Shown: one piece after another, positions 25,784-39,546 of the stretch
How positions within the stretch are numbered: position 1 is the stretch's first letter
Layout: the number at the start of each line of letters is the position of its first letter
Source: Fimbriosthenelais zetlandica
Lineage: Eukaryota
Direction of reading: 5' to 3'
Assembly: GCA_977030845.1 (NCBI GenBank)
Contig: OZ365114.1
Span: 20,460,001-20,524,000 of the forward strand
DNA length: 64,000 nucleotides
The notes under the pieces: generated by a model
Database searches by the model: none
What the model saw: the letters and a program-made list of their open reading frames with translations, nothing else
What the model was told of the DNA's origin: nothing
Program-made: the position numbers and the translations under genes

Positions 25784-26818
25784 ATGGTGGATGTTAACCA
25801 GATTACCTCCAGCATTGGACACGCCTATAACAATGACTACCTCATAGACGGGGTTACTTTTGGACCCCCTTTCCCTAAAGAAACAGTAAAGAAAGCAGCG
25901 AGCTTTCCCTTCACATCACAGGACATATTACTGGTTTCCTTCCCACGTTCAGGAGAGGACTTTCTATCAGATATTGTCTGGCTTTTAATGAATGAAGCTG
26001 ACACCTTTGGTGCCCGCAATATTCCGAGCACGGATCGCCTTCCTCTAATGGAACTTGAAGGAATTCACGGCTATGAGAGCCCGGTTGAATGTTTAATGGG
26101 TCGAGGCAGTCCCAGGCTGATGCGAACCCATCTTCCCTATAGCCTTATAGGGGGCGCCATTGAGAAAGGTCATCCTAAGGTCATCTGTGTGCTTCGTGAT
26201 CCAAGAGAAGTTGTCGTATCGCAGTATCGGTCCTATATGCAGTGGCCTGGACGAAATGTTCCATCATTTGATTATTTTTTCAACCAGTTTTTCAAAATGA
26301 GAAATGTTCTCTTCGGTTGTTATTTCCAGCACGTTCTTGGTTATTGGAAGAAGAGAAAGGACCCCAACTTTCTTGTAATTAAATACGAAGACCTCAGGAC
26401 GGATATTGAAGATAGTATCTTGAAAATTGCCCATTTTCTTATGATGGATCTGAAGCCTAAGCCAATGCATACGATAGTGAAGTATATGTTGAAGCACGAG
26501 GATGCACGACCAAATGGCAATGCTAGAATCCCCATGTATGTCAATGCCATCACTAAAGTGGAGACTTACAAAAGCGACTGTTACGAGACTGCCTCTGATT
26601 ATGAAAATACCTCAAAAGATGAAAACAAACCGTCGGATTCTTCAGAATCTCAAGAAGAAATGATGAAGAAAAAGAACATCATGGATTCCAATCCAGCAGC
26701 GCCCTTAGAGGTGGTGATAGTTTGTGAACCGAAACTGGTGGAAATGTCTGAAACACAGGCACGTATTGTGGATAAACTCTGCCAGTACCATCTGAAAGCC
26801 ACTGGCCTCAACTACTGA
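25784..26818 (+). CDS. Cytosolic sulfotransferase (SULT) family homologue, 344 aa, single coding exon, degenerate cofactor-binding motifs
   Basis: DILLVSFPRSG (5'-PSB-like), RLMRTHLPY (catalytic His), KVICVLRDPREVVVS (3'-PB), FGCYFQHVLGYW and FLVIKYEDL...ILKIAHFL are typical SULT segments. Confidence 0.85.
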   Translation: MVDVNQITSSIGHAYNNDYLIDGVTFGPPFPKETVKKAASFPFTSQDILLVSFPRSGEDFLSDIVWLLMNEADTFGARNIPSTDRLPLMELEGIHGYESPVECLMGRGSPRLMRTHLPYSLIGGAIEKGHPKVICVLRDPREVVVSQYRSYMQWPGRNVPSFDYFFNQFFKMRNVLFGCYFQHVLGYWKKRKDPNFLVIKYEDLRTDIEDSILKIAHFLMMDLKPKPMHTIVKYMLKHEDARPNGNARIPMYVNAITKVETYKSDCYETASDYENTSKDENKPSDSSESQEEMMKKKNIMDSNPAAPLEVVIVCEPKLVEMSETQARIVDKLCQYHLKATGLNY

Positions 26819-28542
26819 CTCCATTTACTATCTCTTTTCTTCTTCCTTAATCTACTATTCTCTTATTCTCTTAGCTTAAGTCGACTTTTCTCTAGCCTTA
26901 AAGATTTTATTGATATGAGAACATATCAAATGAATTGCTTTCCATCGACTTTTATCAGAAGGCATCTTGTTCATTCACGGAAATATATCCTGACATATCA
27001 CTTAAGCTTCCATATTGTACTAATTTTTCATTAATTGATATTCTCTTCACTGGCTATTGCATGTTTTGAACTAATGTCATTATGAATTTAGTCTTGATTG
27101 GCTTTATGAAGTAGGACTATGGAGAGCCTCTTTAAGAGAGGTACCTAGGCCTGCCAATGATGCCATCCATGGCACATATCATGTATGTCATATTATTCTT
27201 ATTACCATCTAATCCAATTTTCCTACTTATTTATCGCAGCAATTAGCTTAATACTACATGTCATATACGGTTATATTCCAATTGCTTCAGCGTGACATGA
27301 AGCTGCCTGAGACATTGTACTTGAAGTAGTATACACAAGGTGGCGAGACTGTGCCAGAGACCTATATGCAAAGTTTTCTGTTGGCATGATGTTTCAAATG
27401 TCAGAGTATATATCTCGAATGCATATAATATTATTATATGAATGCTTTCACCTTTTCCATTACCCATTTATTGTTGGGATTTTCATCAATAAAGAATATT
27501 GATAAAAATGATTGAATTTATCAATATTATATCTATTATTTGACGAAATGGAAAGTGGCTCTAAGTTTTGTTTTACACAAAGAAACAGTGTAAAATGTTA
27601 CAGAGTAATCTTCAAATACGAGCAGATCTCACATTTAATGTTAATGTACATGTTTTGTACATGGAGTAATATGCAGGCCCTTGTTGTTGGATGAAGAACA
27701 AACAGGTGTCCATCAACGTGTTGTATAGGCTTCAAGGCCTGGAACATGTCCAGGGACCGTTTGGCATTGAGTAGTGCTTTAGACCTAATAGTAAACCGAC
27801 ACATATCGAACTCCCATTCATTTTCTGTCCACGTAAGTAGACATAGAGCCATTTTGTTTGCTTTCACACGCATTAATCTCCAGTGAAAACTCGATGGCAA
27901 AAAAAGTGATCTCAATCACTGCCATGGAGTCGGGGGGGGGGGAAATATAAAAAAAAATATGCATAATTATGCATACCGGAACATCAAGTTTACAGGGACA
28001 CTAGATAGGACTTCTGTATTAATACATGTGTCCTTCGGGTTATATAATATTTAATCGAGTATTAAACGGAACCCCAACAGATACCCTATAAGCTTCAATA
28101 TTGACCGTATGAAATAAGGCCCTTTCATGTACTGTATTAGGTCTGTCACGATGCCTCTGTAATAATATCATACATATTTTTGTAATAGACTTTGTGAAAA
28201 GATGATGTTGGGAGAATCAGAGCAGAGAATGGCTCCATCAAATTGATGTCTGCTTCCTGTCATATATCAGTGAGATAAGTCCAAAGACTGACTCGGAGAT
28301 AAATCCTGCATGGAGGTCCTACAGTCAAACGAGGAATCCTGGATCCTAGTACTGACCTAGTTGAATGAAAAAAATACATCAACTATGGCTCAATGCCAAT
28401 AATATGGAATACTGAGACAAGACCTGACTACCAACTATCTTTTTATACCATTTATCACATCTATATTTTGTTGGTTATGCCTGAGCAAATATGATTCCTA
28501 ATTAGGACTTAAAAGGTCTTGTTTCCATGGAAATTCTGTTAC

Positions 28543-31500
28543 CTTGCCAGCAGCTGGGTGTGTTGATTTGATCAGTCACAACGTGGGTAATCCTTTCCTT
28601 TTTTGCCTCGGCAAATGCCAAGACAAACTTGTACCCTGCTGAACAAATGCTTTTTTACAGAGAAACAGGGGGTCTGGTTTGCTTCAAACCTCGTCATGCA
28701 CCCATTTACCTGGGCCTAATTACTGAGGGCAAACATTAATCCTTTCCAGGGTTGGAAATGTTTTAAAATAGGAAGAAAAAGAAGGGTGAATTAAGACAAG
28801 TACTGGCTGGATAATTAATTATATAAGACCATATATAAATGGATAGGGTGGCATAGGCAAGTCTATGCTGAGAGAGACTGAGAATTCATCCACTGGAACC
28901 ACTGTTTGGCTCTTTTAAAAGGCCCTCATACAAGAGGGGAGGGCCACTCCCACCACCACTCCACATCATATAGGGCCTACATACCAGCACCTCCCCAGTG
29001 CAGCTCCTCCAGGCCCCGCCCCCTCATCCTCCAGTAGGCTAACTACAGTTTCCCTATTGTTATATGTCTTGCTTCTGCAACGATTCCACCAAGAAGATAA
29101 TGCCCCAGGAGGATAAGGGGAATGTGAACCCTTCTCCCATGGAGTGATGCAGTGCACAAAGTCAGTGGAATACAGTCAGGGGTCAGTCACTTGTTGTCTG
29201 GAGCTGGATCAAAATATTTTATTAGGCAAAAAACTTCAAGAGGATCAGATTCATATCACAGTGTGCAGGCCAGAAAAGATCATACATGAGGGAACGCTGA
29301 GAAACCCCTGTGAGGACAGTGACCTGAGATCAGGGTTCTACAATCCTAAACATCATTCATTGAGTGTTCAAGACGAGAGCTGGGAGGTTTCAGCTGATCT
29401 CTCGTCTGTGTCCATCTCCCTACCCCGTACAGAATCAGATATCACTTCTTCAAGTAATACATGTCCCTCCTCCTCCACCTCCTCCTGCTCAGCTCTAGTA
29501 CACAGTACCATAGAGTGTGAGAGGGACAATAACTCAGGTGAGAGTGATAGCCCTCAGGTGACTACTCAGAGGTTTGGTAACTATTTATTTACAGTGCTCC
29601 AACCCTCCACAACCAGGATCAAGTTCACAATTAGACGGGGAGAGTAGCAGGTCCATGGTCAAGGTGAGTACACTGTATTCTCCACATTCTACTCTTGTAC
29701 ATTATATATGTGAATCATTTGTAAATGGTGCATTGGACCAGGATGTGAACTTTGAATTAAGAGGTTTTCGTACGCTTCATAAAATAGTATCCAATGAATT
29801 AATTTGTTTTATTAGCACTGTAGTTTTGACACAAGTGCAACAAGAATTTATTTAGGCTACAACTTCTCTCAGTATACATGTGCATTGGTATCCTGCTACC
29901 TGAGGGCTGAATGCATGCATCAATGTATTGGACATCTATTTTGGCAGACCATATTCGGCCAGTCCATGTTTTATTATGCTGTGGGCCATAATTTATCATA
30001 ATGGGTTCATGCGTCTCTGTAGTGGAATATTTGTTCTAGTCCCCATGGCGCATCTTCTATGTGTTTAACTGTGCTCAAAGAGATGTATATCTGTTTAATC
30101 ATTGTCAAGACAAGATTTGTGAAAGATTACTGCATCTGAAGAAAGCAGGGGGCTAGAATTATACAGACGCCGGAGGTGATTAAGTCATTAGCAGGCAGAT
30201 ATATACCACCCCCATGATACTGGAGGACATTAGACTGTGTCAATGTGTTAGTATAATTATAAAATGAACCTGTGGGTATAATAATAGGCCTGCTTCTACC
30301 TGAATACCCTACGGCGGATGATATTAAACACTCTAAAGGGCCCGTAGAGGCCCGTGTTTGGCAGACTTCCCTGTTTCTGGCTTGTAATAGGCCCTGGTGG
30401 TTGTGGAATCTAGGATAGATTTGGAGTTGGAGACATTGGATGTTGGCACAAGTTATGATGCCAAGAGATACTTCTTACGCAGAGTTGCCATATATATAGA
30501 TATCTCACCATCCTACTGCACATAGTATGAAGAAAGAGTTATTTCTTTGACGTTCAAATGATACTAGTGCTATGAAATTCTAATTTATGTTTTGTAAATC
30601 ATTGAATTTCAGAATAATTTGAATGCATGCTCTGGTAAAGTCATCTGAGGTCAATTTTCATGTTTCTATAGAAAAGGGAAAGTGTCACCTAAGAATAAGG
30701 ATATAAAATCAGCCCTGTTGCATGTGACACAAATTGTTACAAGTAGCTTTCTTCTTTGGTGCATGAAGAGTTGTGTGGACTTTGGGCTATATGAGAATCA
30801 CAATGGCTTTATACGGAGAGATATGGCTGTGAGCCATTCACCATCAGTCTATTGTGTGTTCATAGCTCAGCTTTGATCCCCTTCAGGTTGAAGGCTTTAT
30901 TACATGAACATCTGCGAATAGATATTCCCCTAGACGATGTTAATAATTTAACACATGTGATAATGAGTTAAATTATCTCATCTCATTTGTATAATCTATT
31001 AATTTTCTAAGATAGTTTGGGTGGGAATGATTGTTTTCTTCCGTGAGAAGTCAGGTGAGGCTAGTATGGATGAAGTATAGAAAAGCCATGAAGAGGACAC
31101 GTGGTAGAGTTACACGCCTGGCACATGTCAAAATCTTAGTCAAATTTATTATTACCCACAAGGTAAACATGTCATAGATCATAACATCTAGTCTGATATT
31201 TGTTTGTGATACAAATGAGTGTTTGATCTGTAAATGGGAACTAAATAGACATAGCAGTAGTGAAGTAGGGCGTATAGGGGGGAAGGTTTGACACTGATGA
31301 AATATGATATATACTATAGTGATATATGGACCCAGGCTTAATAAAAAAAAATAAAAAGAAGAAATTTCACCCAGGCGTGTACATACATTGGCAAACCTGA
31401 GAAATCGGGGGAGGGGGTTGGGGGTAGGGGCTAAATTTCCGAATAATGTCTTCTTGCAACCATGATAATTAACCAGTATAGGACAATTAAGTTATTTTTA

Positions 31501-32507
31501 CCCAGATTTCATTGACCTAAATCATTATGTGGGGTCTTGTAAGCCTGGGTAATCTGTGCTCACATCTCTTTAACTATTTCCACTTAATAGATCACATGAT
31601 AATGCTAGACAAAAATTGCACTTAGGTTCTACGAGTCAACAATCACAACGACCGCCCATAAATGTGTCGTATATGTACTATACCTTCATAATATCGGAAC
31701 TAGGCTTTATAGATATTATACCTTCCAGTTTGATCTCGAATGCCAAGGGTTATAATATATATGTATTGCTCTAAATGTCGTGATTTTTTAGACAAATTAC
31801 AAGATAATTGGTCGAATCATGTGCCTTATGAACTTAAGTAACAGAAAGCATTTCGTTGCTGCCTCTATTAGCAAGGTGTCCATTCCTCTGGTTGCTGGAC
31901 TGGTGACTTGTGCCTGTGGTCCATGTGAGAAGTGGAACCTAATACAGACAGCCACAGTAATACACCATTCACTGGGCAAGTCTGTGGATCTAACTCGATC
32001 AGGTGAACTGTCAGTCACACAGATCATGTTACCATGCCAACCTCAAAGAGAGAAAGTCCAGAGCTTCCTAAATGCAGTCAACATATACATGTATAGACCC
32101 CTACAACAACATTCATCTCAAATAAACCCCACCTCCCACGACGTCATGCTCAGCCAACGTTTACCAAACAAATATTTAGGATCGCTGATGGTATTTAAAG
32201 TTAGGAGCAAAGTAAATTAAAAGTGGAGTGGCAAATTTATAAGGCATATCACTGATATTACATGCAGAGACGCCTATAGGTAAATGTAGCTTACTCATTT
32301 TTCGGATGTGTTTTGGAATTTTAGCAGGATGGGAATTTTCCCTAGTGACAAATTCCCTCAAAATGCCTCCATGTGAGTACTTACCCACCTGGGTACAATA
32401 ACTAGATAGTGAGTGGAGGCCTGCCTTAAGATCTTTTTCCTGACCACTATATTCCGTACTTCTTCTTGATTTTCCACGTCTCCGCTTCCGATTTCACGCT
32501 CGGTCAT
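28543..32507 (-). other. Possible unidentified minus-strand spliced gene or lncRNA, divergent from ENDOU
   Basis: Exon-like block ending 32385 (ATG 32507, MTEREIGSGD...HYLVIVPRW|gtaagt) and a block near 28543-28636 (YKFVLAFAEAKKERITHVVTDQINTPSCWQ, donor AAG|gtaaca). I could not join the phases convincingly. Confidence 0.25.
29144..29647 (+). other. Unassigned Ser-rich open frame (167 codons)
   Basis: Long open frame in a GC-elevated block with nearby + strand splice signals (acceptor ~29593, donor ~29663); no family recognised. Confidence 0.25.
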
Positions 32508-33508
32508 TTTGAAAGCCTGCCATTTTCTCTCTCCCTGATATTATGTCACTCTATACTGTAATCATGACAGAGACCGAGTCAAAATCTGACAAAGAAAGTG
32601 GAAATAACGAGACATGAAAATGTCTGAAACTCTAATCTCGACCTTTTTTATATGAAAAGAGTTTTTCCTACCCCATGCATACCAATAGAAGGACTTGCAT
32701 GTTGTTTGAATAGGTAACCTGAAATGATTAATGGATGCGCTCATTTGGAAGAAGCAATGTAAATATATCAGGGAATTAAGTACAGAAAAAAAATAATAGG
32801 AAAAAGGTGTATGAAAGGGCGGGTTGGTTGATTGAATGGATGAATGGCTGTAGATGTCTGTGCACATAAAGAGCTGGTCAGTAACCCTTTGATTTATGGA
32901 GAATGGATGAGAACTACTTAGGTAGATCCATATAAAACGGCTTATTAAATTAATATAAAAATGTATTTTGGCTTAATGATTGACTCTATAACTATTTTAT
33001 TCCAGGTCACTTTCTCCAACAAGATCGACTAGGAGCCCATACCCAACAAAAAAGGATCACCATTCAGCTCTAAACAGTTTACTCACCCACTCAATTCATC
33101 GTCCAACCACAACAGAGATTGATATCAGCTTTGATAAGAAGTACAAGCTGATGTCCCATGTATACGTACATACAGATAAAGCTCTTCCAGTACACTAACC
33201 ACAACTCGTTTGACCTGAGGATCTTCTGTCTCCATACATAAATTACATCTCCTTGGTGGAGCACCTGGGAGAAGAGCCAACCTTTGTGTTAGAGAACCAT
33301 CAGAAGTGTTAGAGGACCACAGAAGGTGGACAAAACTATCACCAGTTCTCTGTGAGAACCAATAGGGAAAAGGACTATATCAACCCCAAGCAACCCCCTG
33401 GCTTAACGTTGTGACTTGAGGAATCATCTTTGACAGTATAATTCTTTTCCCGACCCATTGGGACAGTTTCTTGAGTGGTATATCATTTGGATGTACTGGT
33501 CTCCAAGT

Positions 33509-36500
33509 ATGGGTCACGGGGGTGCCAGGAACAGGGATCAATACGAACCCGTCAGTGAGGGTGGCAAGAAAAGACCCCGATGTAACTGTTTCTATGGTTT
33601 CCTGGTCTTCCTGACCGTTGTCATCATCTTAGGTGAGATATCCATTCACATATATTTGCTTAAATTTGGAAAAGGTGCCGGAAGTAAAAAAGAAGAGAAA
33701 AAGCTTTTAAACGTAGAAACATAGATTCCCTTCAGAAAGGAATGATCATAACATATTAGTGTTGCCTATAGCTCTCCGGTTATGCATTAATATTATCTAA
33801 TAAGGCCATTTGTAATCACAAGGGACTGTTTGAGTTGATATTCTCAGACTTCTTATCGTTCCAATATATCAACAAGGCCAAAAGTTATACTATCTCTATG
33901 CATGCATTCAGGTGGGACCATATCAGGGCAGATTCTTTATTTTCCTAGACTACTTCATCCCAGTGAATAATTCTATCCAAAGTTATACAAATTATACACC
34001 TGTCCAGATTTTCCCTAGATACTTATACCAGTAGACTAATCTGCCAATGACATCCAGTTCAAAGGTCATCCACTATGTAGGGTGAATGAGAACAATGTTT
34101 GGACTTCTGACACCTAAATCCCAACCTTATTATACCCCAGTACTTGCCTCCAAAATAGAAATTCTTATTTTCTCATCAGTCCTTTCTGAGCTTTGCCTGC
34201 TGTATAATCGCCTTTTCAGTGTATGGAAATATGGGCCGTATATATTTATTTATGAAATCTATGGGGATCTCACTTTAATCATTTATTATTCAATGTAGAT
34301 ATTCTTTGAATACACTCCTGTACATTATTCTATAATTTAGAATAGGATATTACGGACTAAAATTACTTTCCCTGCAAGTGGGATCTATTGTTAATTCTGT
34401 TTATATTACCATTTCAGCTGTGGCTGGAGGGGCAGGATATGCAGGCTGGCTGATTTACAGCATGAGACCCGAGACTGACGGTATAGGAGATTATAACGTT
34501 ACAGATATATCAGATGGAGAAGAAGGAGACATCCAGTATGCAAAGGTTAATCCAGAAGAGGAGAAAGGTAATACAGTACTTCACTATCTACTCATTTCTG
34601 ATTTGAAACGTTATCAGATTCTGTTCTCTCATAAATGGGGAAATACTTGATTTGGTCATTTGCATTTCATACACTGAGTGTATACTGTGACACATTGACA
34701 ATACAATGCACCTAGCTCGTTTACTTTTAGTTTTGAAGTTTTCTTATGCCGAGGATGGACACGTTCCCCTGGCTTTGGTACTTTGGTCCCTTGTCTGTAA
34801 CCTCTGTCTTGTCAAGTCACGCGCTCAGTTTCTTTTCCCAGAGTACTGCTTAAACCACCAGTATACCATTATAGACCAAAACGTGCCTACAAGTCTCTAT
34901 ACTGTGACTCTACAATTAGAGTAATGACCCATGTTTGTATGAACAAAAATATTGAAGCTTATTACAGCGCAATTCCAGTTATTTTTGACATATGATGCTG
35001 GAATACCGAAGGGACATACAAGTAGGTAAAATGGGAGAGGACATATAGTTCGATATGAAGCATGGGAAGGCATACTGTATTGAAACATGTATTCATAGTG
35101 ACATTGGCAGCCATCAAAATACAGAGAAGTGACCTCTAAGGACATTACAGGGTTAGGTCAGCAAACTCATTAACCCCCTCCCCCTGTACCCTCATGCATG
35201 AGAGACATACACGGAGAGGGGGATAAGTGAATTGCATGCGAGGTGTGTATCAATCCATATACTTCCATGCCAGCTGTCTGTTCCCCTCTACAAACACACA
35301 CCTGTCAGTGATGACAATCATAACTAGAGATGAGGACATAGTAAGCAAATAATGATTTGGATTGATGTTCAATCGATTAAGACTAAAAATATGATGATCA
35401 TATGTTGAAAACCAAAGCAAAACTTTTTTGTTCAAGAACTTTAGACTTCCCGTCTGTCCCCATTGAATAAATTGAGTTTAATGCATCGTTGAGATGGGCA
35501 TTTTCCAGTTCACTGGAGCACGGAGAATGCACGCCAAGAACAGGATTATCATGCCTGATGTTGATGGATCTCTGTTTATTGACAGATCAGGAAATCAAAA
35601 GCATTATGGCCGGCAGATCATATTCTTCCTGAAAGCTGTTCACAGGCCATTGGAGAATCAATCTACTGTCCCTCTCTCTGGTCACAGTACATTGAACATG
35701 GAGGTTATCATAATATTTTATGATGAGATCATGTCAGGTGACTGTAACAATATCATGCTTAGTGGTCTATTGTTGTCTTGGCAGGAGTTTGGAAGTTAAT
35801 GCCCAGAAAGACCCTCTGGTGATAAGGGGTCATGAGAAGGGTGTTGTTTGCTTGGCAGATCCATGTATACATGAGAATGACTTTGTGTGGGAATGTAATG
35901 ACTTAATGTATTGACTAGACTCAAGGAGTGAGTCAAGAGGTGTTGACAGTGTTGGTTACCTTTAAGCTATGTGTACCAAAGTAAATATCTGAATTAATTA
36001 TTAAAGTCATGCTTTGTGTAGCACAGAATTGTATTATATTCCCACTGGTCCCTTTTGACATAACAGGAGAGAATACAATGAGCCCCTCGCCAGCCACATT
36101 ACGAGCAACTCAGATAGGAACGACTCCAGGCACAGCTGCTCGAATCCTAGAAAAGGATGAAAGTCAGGAAGACATGGGCCTCTTTGCTGAGAACCAGCTT
36201 AAAGCAAATGTCACAGGTATGCATGTTTTTAATAGTATATAAATTGCTTAATTCTTCCATACATTCTTTCATGGTCAGTTTCATACATATTCTTATAATG
36301 AGCATGTACAGTTTCAGATAGTGAACTGAAGGAAATCAGCCGCCTCCTGTGGCAGATTGCCCAGCCTAACATGTTAGAGATAGAGAAAGCCTACCGGATC
36401 GACCTGGGTGCACGCATAAACTCATCAGTCAAATCAGACGAATCTCCAGAAAGGTTAGCACAGACTTTCTGATCATTTATAAAGCTTTTAAATTTACCAC

Positions 36501-39500
36501 AAATCGCTGTCTAAAAGTTTTACTTGACAGCAGAGCCATGACACCCACAACAGTGAGGTGGCACGCAATGTTTACGTCCTAACCGCTACAGTTTCTTTCA
36601 ATTGTCTATAAGATTAACTTAGTGAGAATCTTCATACTTGGACATGGAATTACTAGAGGCTGATCTTGCAGACTCTCTCATAATACCAGAACACATTCCT
36701 ATGGGAGTCAATCTATGTAAATGTCTCCACAGCCGGATCTGCCTGATTACACTGTATAAATGGGTCAATGACACATCCATTCCATTGTTTTAACCAGTAC
36801 TGATAATTACTAATTAACACTAATAGCCCGCAGTCTATACCAGTGTCAGTGGGTGTGTGTAAGAGGGCAGAAACTTCCGCTGGTGCCTCTAGGTCATTCT
36901 GATGGGGGAAATTAAACCTTATCATGGAGGAAAAATTGTGATTTATGATTTGTTTGAAGACAATGTGGGGGCAACAGTAATCCATGGATGGAAATCTCAT
37001 ACGATTTAGGGCCGAGTAAGGGACTATGCATTTTACATAGTAGCTTATCCTATAGCAGACCTTGTATTGGAAATTAAACGGAGTTGTTCCCCTGCCGAAT
37101 TAACTTTTTCATCCGCCAGAACAATATGCTTCGGTATGAATGAGTGACGGGGGTAATAGGAAAAGGGGACCCAGGGGAAAATACAAGAAGAAAGAGCATC
37201 AGTAAGTCAAACAATCTCCATCATGCCTCCTGCCCACCGTCCCGTCCTGCTTATCGGACCTCCATCACTGCCAGGCCTCTATAGGTCTGTCTCCTTCTGG
37301 ACAGGGCCGGCGAATGACGGCCAGAAAAGAAAACAGGCCTTTAATTATTGCTTGCGTGTCTGGGAATGAGGTTCCACCCCGTCCCGTCCTTCCTTCTCTT
37401 TATCTAATTTTGATAGCTGGCCCTCGCCTCATCTAAGACCCAGTCGTGGAGAGATAGGGTGACTTTTTAGATCATACACACACCAATTGATTGAATTTTT
37501 CTACCACTCGGGACAAATCTTATTTCAATCCCAATTAGTTTTATCCAGCTTTCTTCTTCCAGTCTGTCTTAAGCCTATTCTTGTCCAATTACAGAACTGA
37601 TTTTTACCATACTCCCCAATGTTAAACACGTTCACAACTCAGGTGCCCTTACATCCAATTCAATTACATCCATACTTATTTCAGGTTATTTGCCAGCGTT
37701 AAGACCGATCTCCGCCAGTTATCACCTACCTTCACCACATTTCTGAGATTATTAGATAATTACAATTACGTCACCAAAGTGGAGGAACGATACACGGACG
37801 TTGATAAGAGAGAAATGGATGACTTTCTTGATGAGGTCATAGCGTCTAACACCATGAAACGACTCCATGACTTTTTAGTGGATAAAGGTGGGTAATATGA
37901 TTATTTGATGATATGAGTATTTTACATGTTAAACCGTGAACATACATCGATTCAACATGTGTCCATTTAACGTCAAATATTAAAATATCATTTGTGGTGA
38001 TCATGGTCAAAACAATGCAACCTTGTGGTCAGGTGCTTTTAGCCATTTGGCTGACATTCAAGGTTGACGTTTGAGCAGCCCTATGACAAAAAATCTTACA
38101 AAGAACTGTGACCGACATATCTATAATATACTCCAATACATAAAGGTTTAGTTATGATATCAGTCCAGGAAATAAACCACAGGTCTATAGATATATCTCC
38201 TGATCAAACTAGTACATCCTTCTTGTAGACATTTTCTTTCAAAAGCACTTAAAATGTATTAAAATATATGTCTATGTTATACATACACTGAATTCCATAT
38301 AAGGTTGTAGTTTACACCAGACCTTGTTTCTTGGCAGTGAGTCAGGTTCTGACATTGATAATGCGATGATTACATGCATGTGTAACATACATTTATTCTC
38401 AGTGATTAATGCCATGCAGCTCTGGAAGGTGGCAGTGTGACCAGGAACATTAATTACTCTGACCTATAATATCAGAGATTTGTTCCACATAATATAATAC
38501 TGACAGTAGCCTAACAATCACGACTATGATCAGAATTAAAATTGATGAACAACCAACTTGAATAATTTGAGAATTTTAATATGACAATATTTGAATATCG
38601 CAGAATACGTTATGTTGCTCTTTTCCTCAAACACTCGTTTCCATTTCAGGTTTAGCCAGTAAAGACATGAAACGCTTCAAGCAACAACTATGGAATATTT
38701 GGTTCGATTTATATAGTAGATCTCCAAAATACAACACGACTGACAGTTCCGGATTTGAACACGTCTTCGTTGGAGAAATCCGGAAAAATAAAGTCATTGG
38801 TTTCCACAACTGGGTCCAGTTTTACTTGCAAGAGCAAGCAGACATGGTGGACTACATTGGATATTTTGAATTTATTCCTGTAAGTAATCAATATAGATTT
38901 ATTTCAATACAATATTAAGAATTGATTGCCTGACTAATATATCAACCCTAACTTTCATTGCTGATGAAGTATCGAAAATAGTTTATGTGTATTGGGGATT
39001 CATATGCATTATAGCTTAAGTGAAATGCGTCACATTCATATGTATAGCAACCAGGAGAGGTGAGGGTGAGCATAATTAATATCCATAATCCCAATCTCAT
39101 AGCATTGTAGAAAATATCCACATGGTTATTCGCATGTAGGCTATAGATTAATTATTTCCCTTTTTATTTAGGCCCAGATTAGGTGCATTTTATTTTCATT
39201 GTTCTCGGCATGTAAACATTGGAGCAGTTTGAAACAGTTGAACATTTGAATGAAATTATAATGAGGTGGTTTTACTGTTACAAAATGATTAATGGATGGC
39301 TGTCCTCATTTTTAGCCACGAATGGTCAACGTTCGAATGAGATGGCATGAGAAGATGAAAAAGATGACGTCATTCTTCCTCGGGACACCTCCTGAGTACG
39401 ATCTGGCAGTGTATACGTTATGTATTTTAACAAGGACAGGTTCATCATGTCCCATATCAGTAGAGGATGCTGTCATTACTGTACAATCATATGAGGTGAA

Positions 39501-39546
39501 ACACATGGAAGGCATTCAAGTAGCTTCTATATTTCTCGCTATCTAA
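33509..39546 (+). CDS. ENDOU: Poly(U)-specific endoribonuclease (EndoU/XendoU family) with N-terminal transmembrane anchor, 407 aa, join(33509..33632,34418..34567,36067..36216,36318..36453,37685..37887,38650..38879,39316..39546)
   Basis: Seven GT-AG exons with matching phases (1,1,1,2,1,0). Hallmark motifs SSGFEHVFVGE and GFHNWVQFYLQE (two catalytic His) and K.MTSFFLGTPPEYDLAVYTLC (catalytic Lys). An alternative in-frame ATG lies at 33491. Confidence 0.92.

Noticed and set aside
35494-35914. Intronic ORFs in ENDOU intron 2 faintly resembling integrase
   Set aside because: No DDE motif order could be confirmed and they do not fit the ENDOU splice phases.
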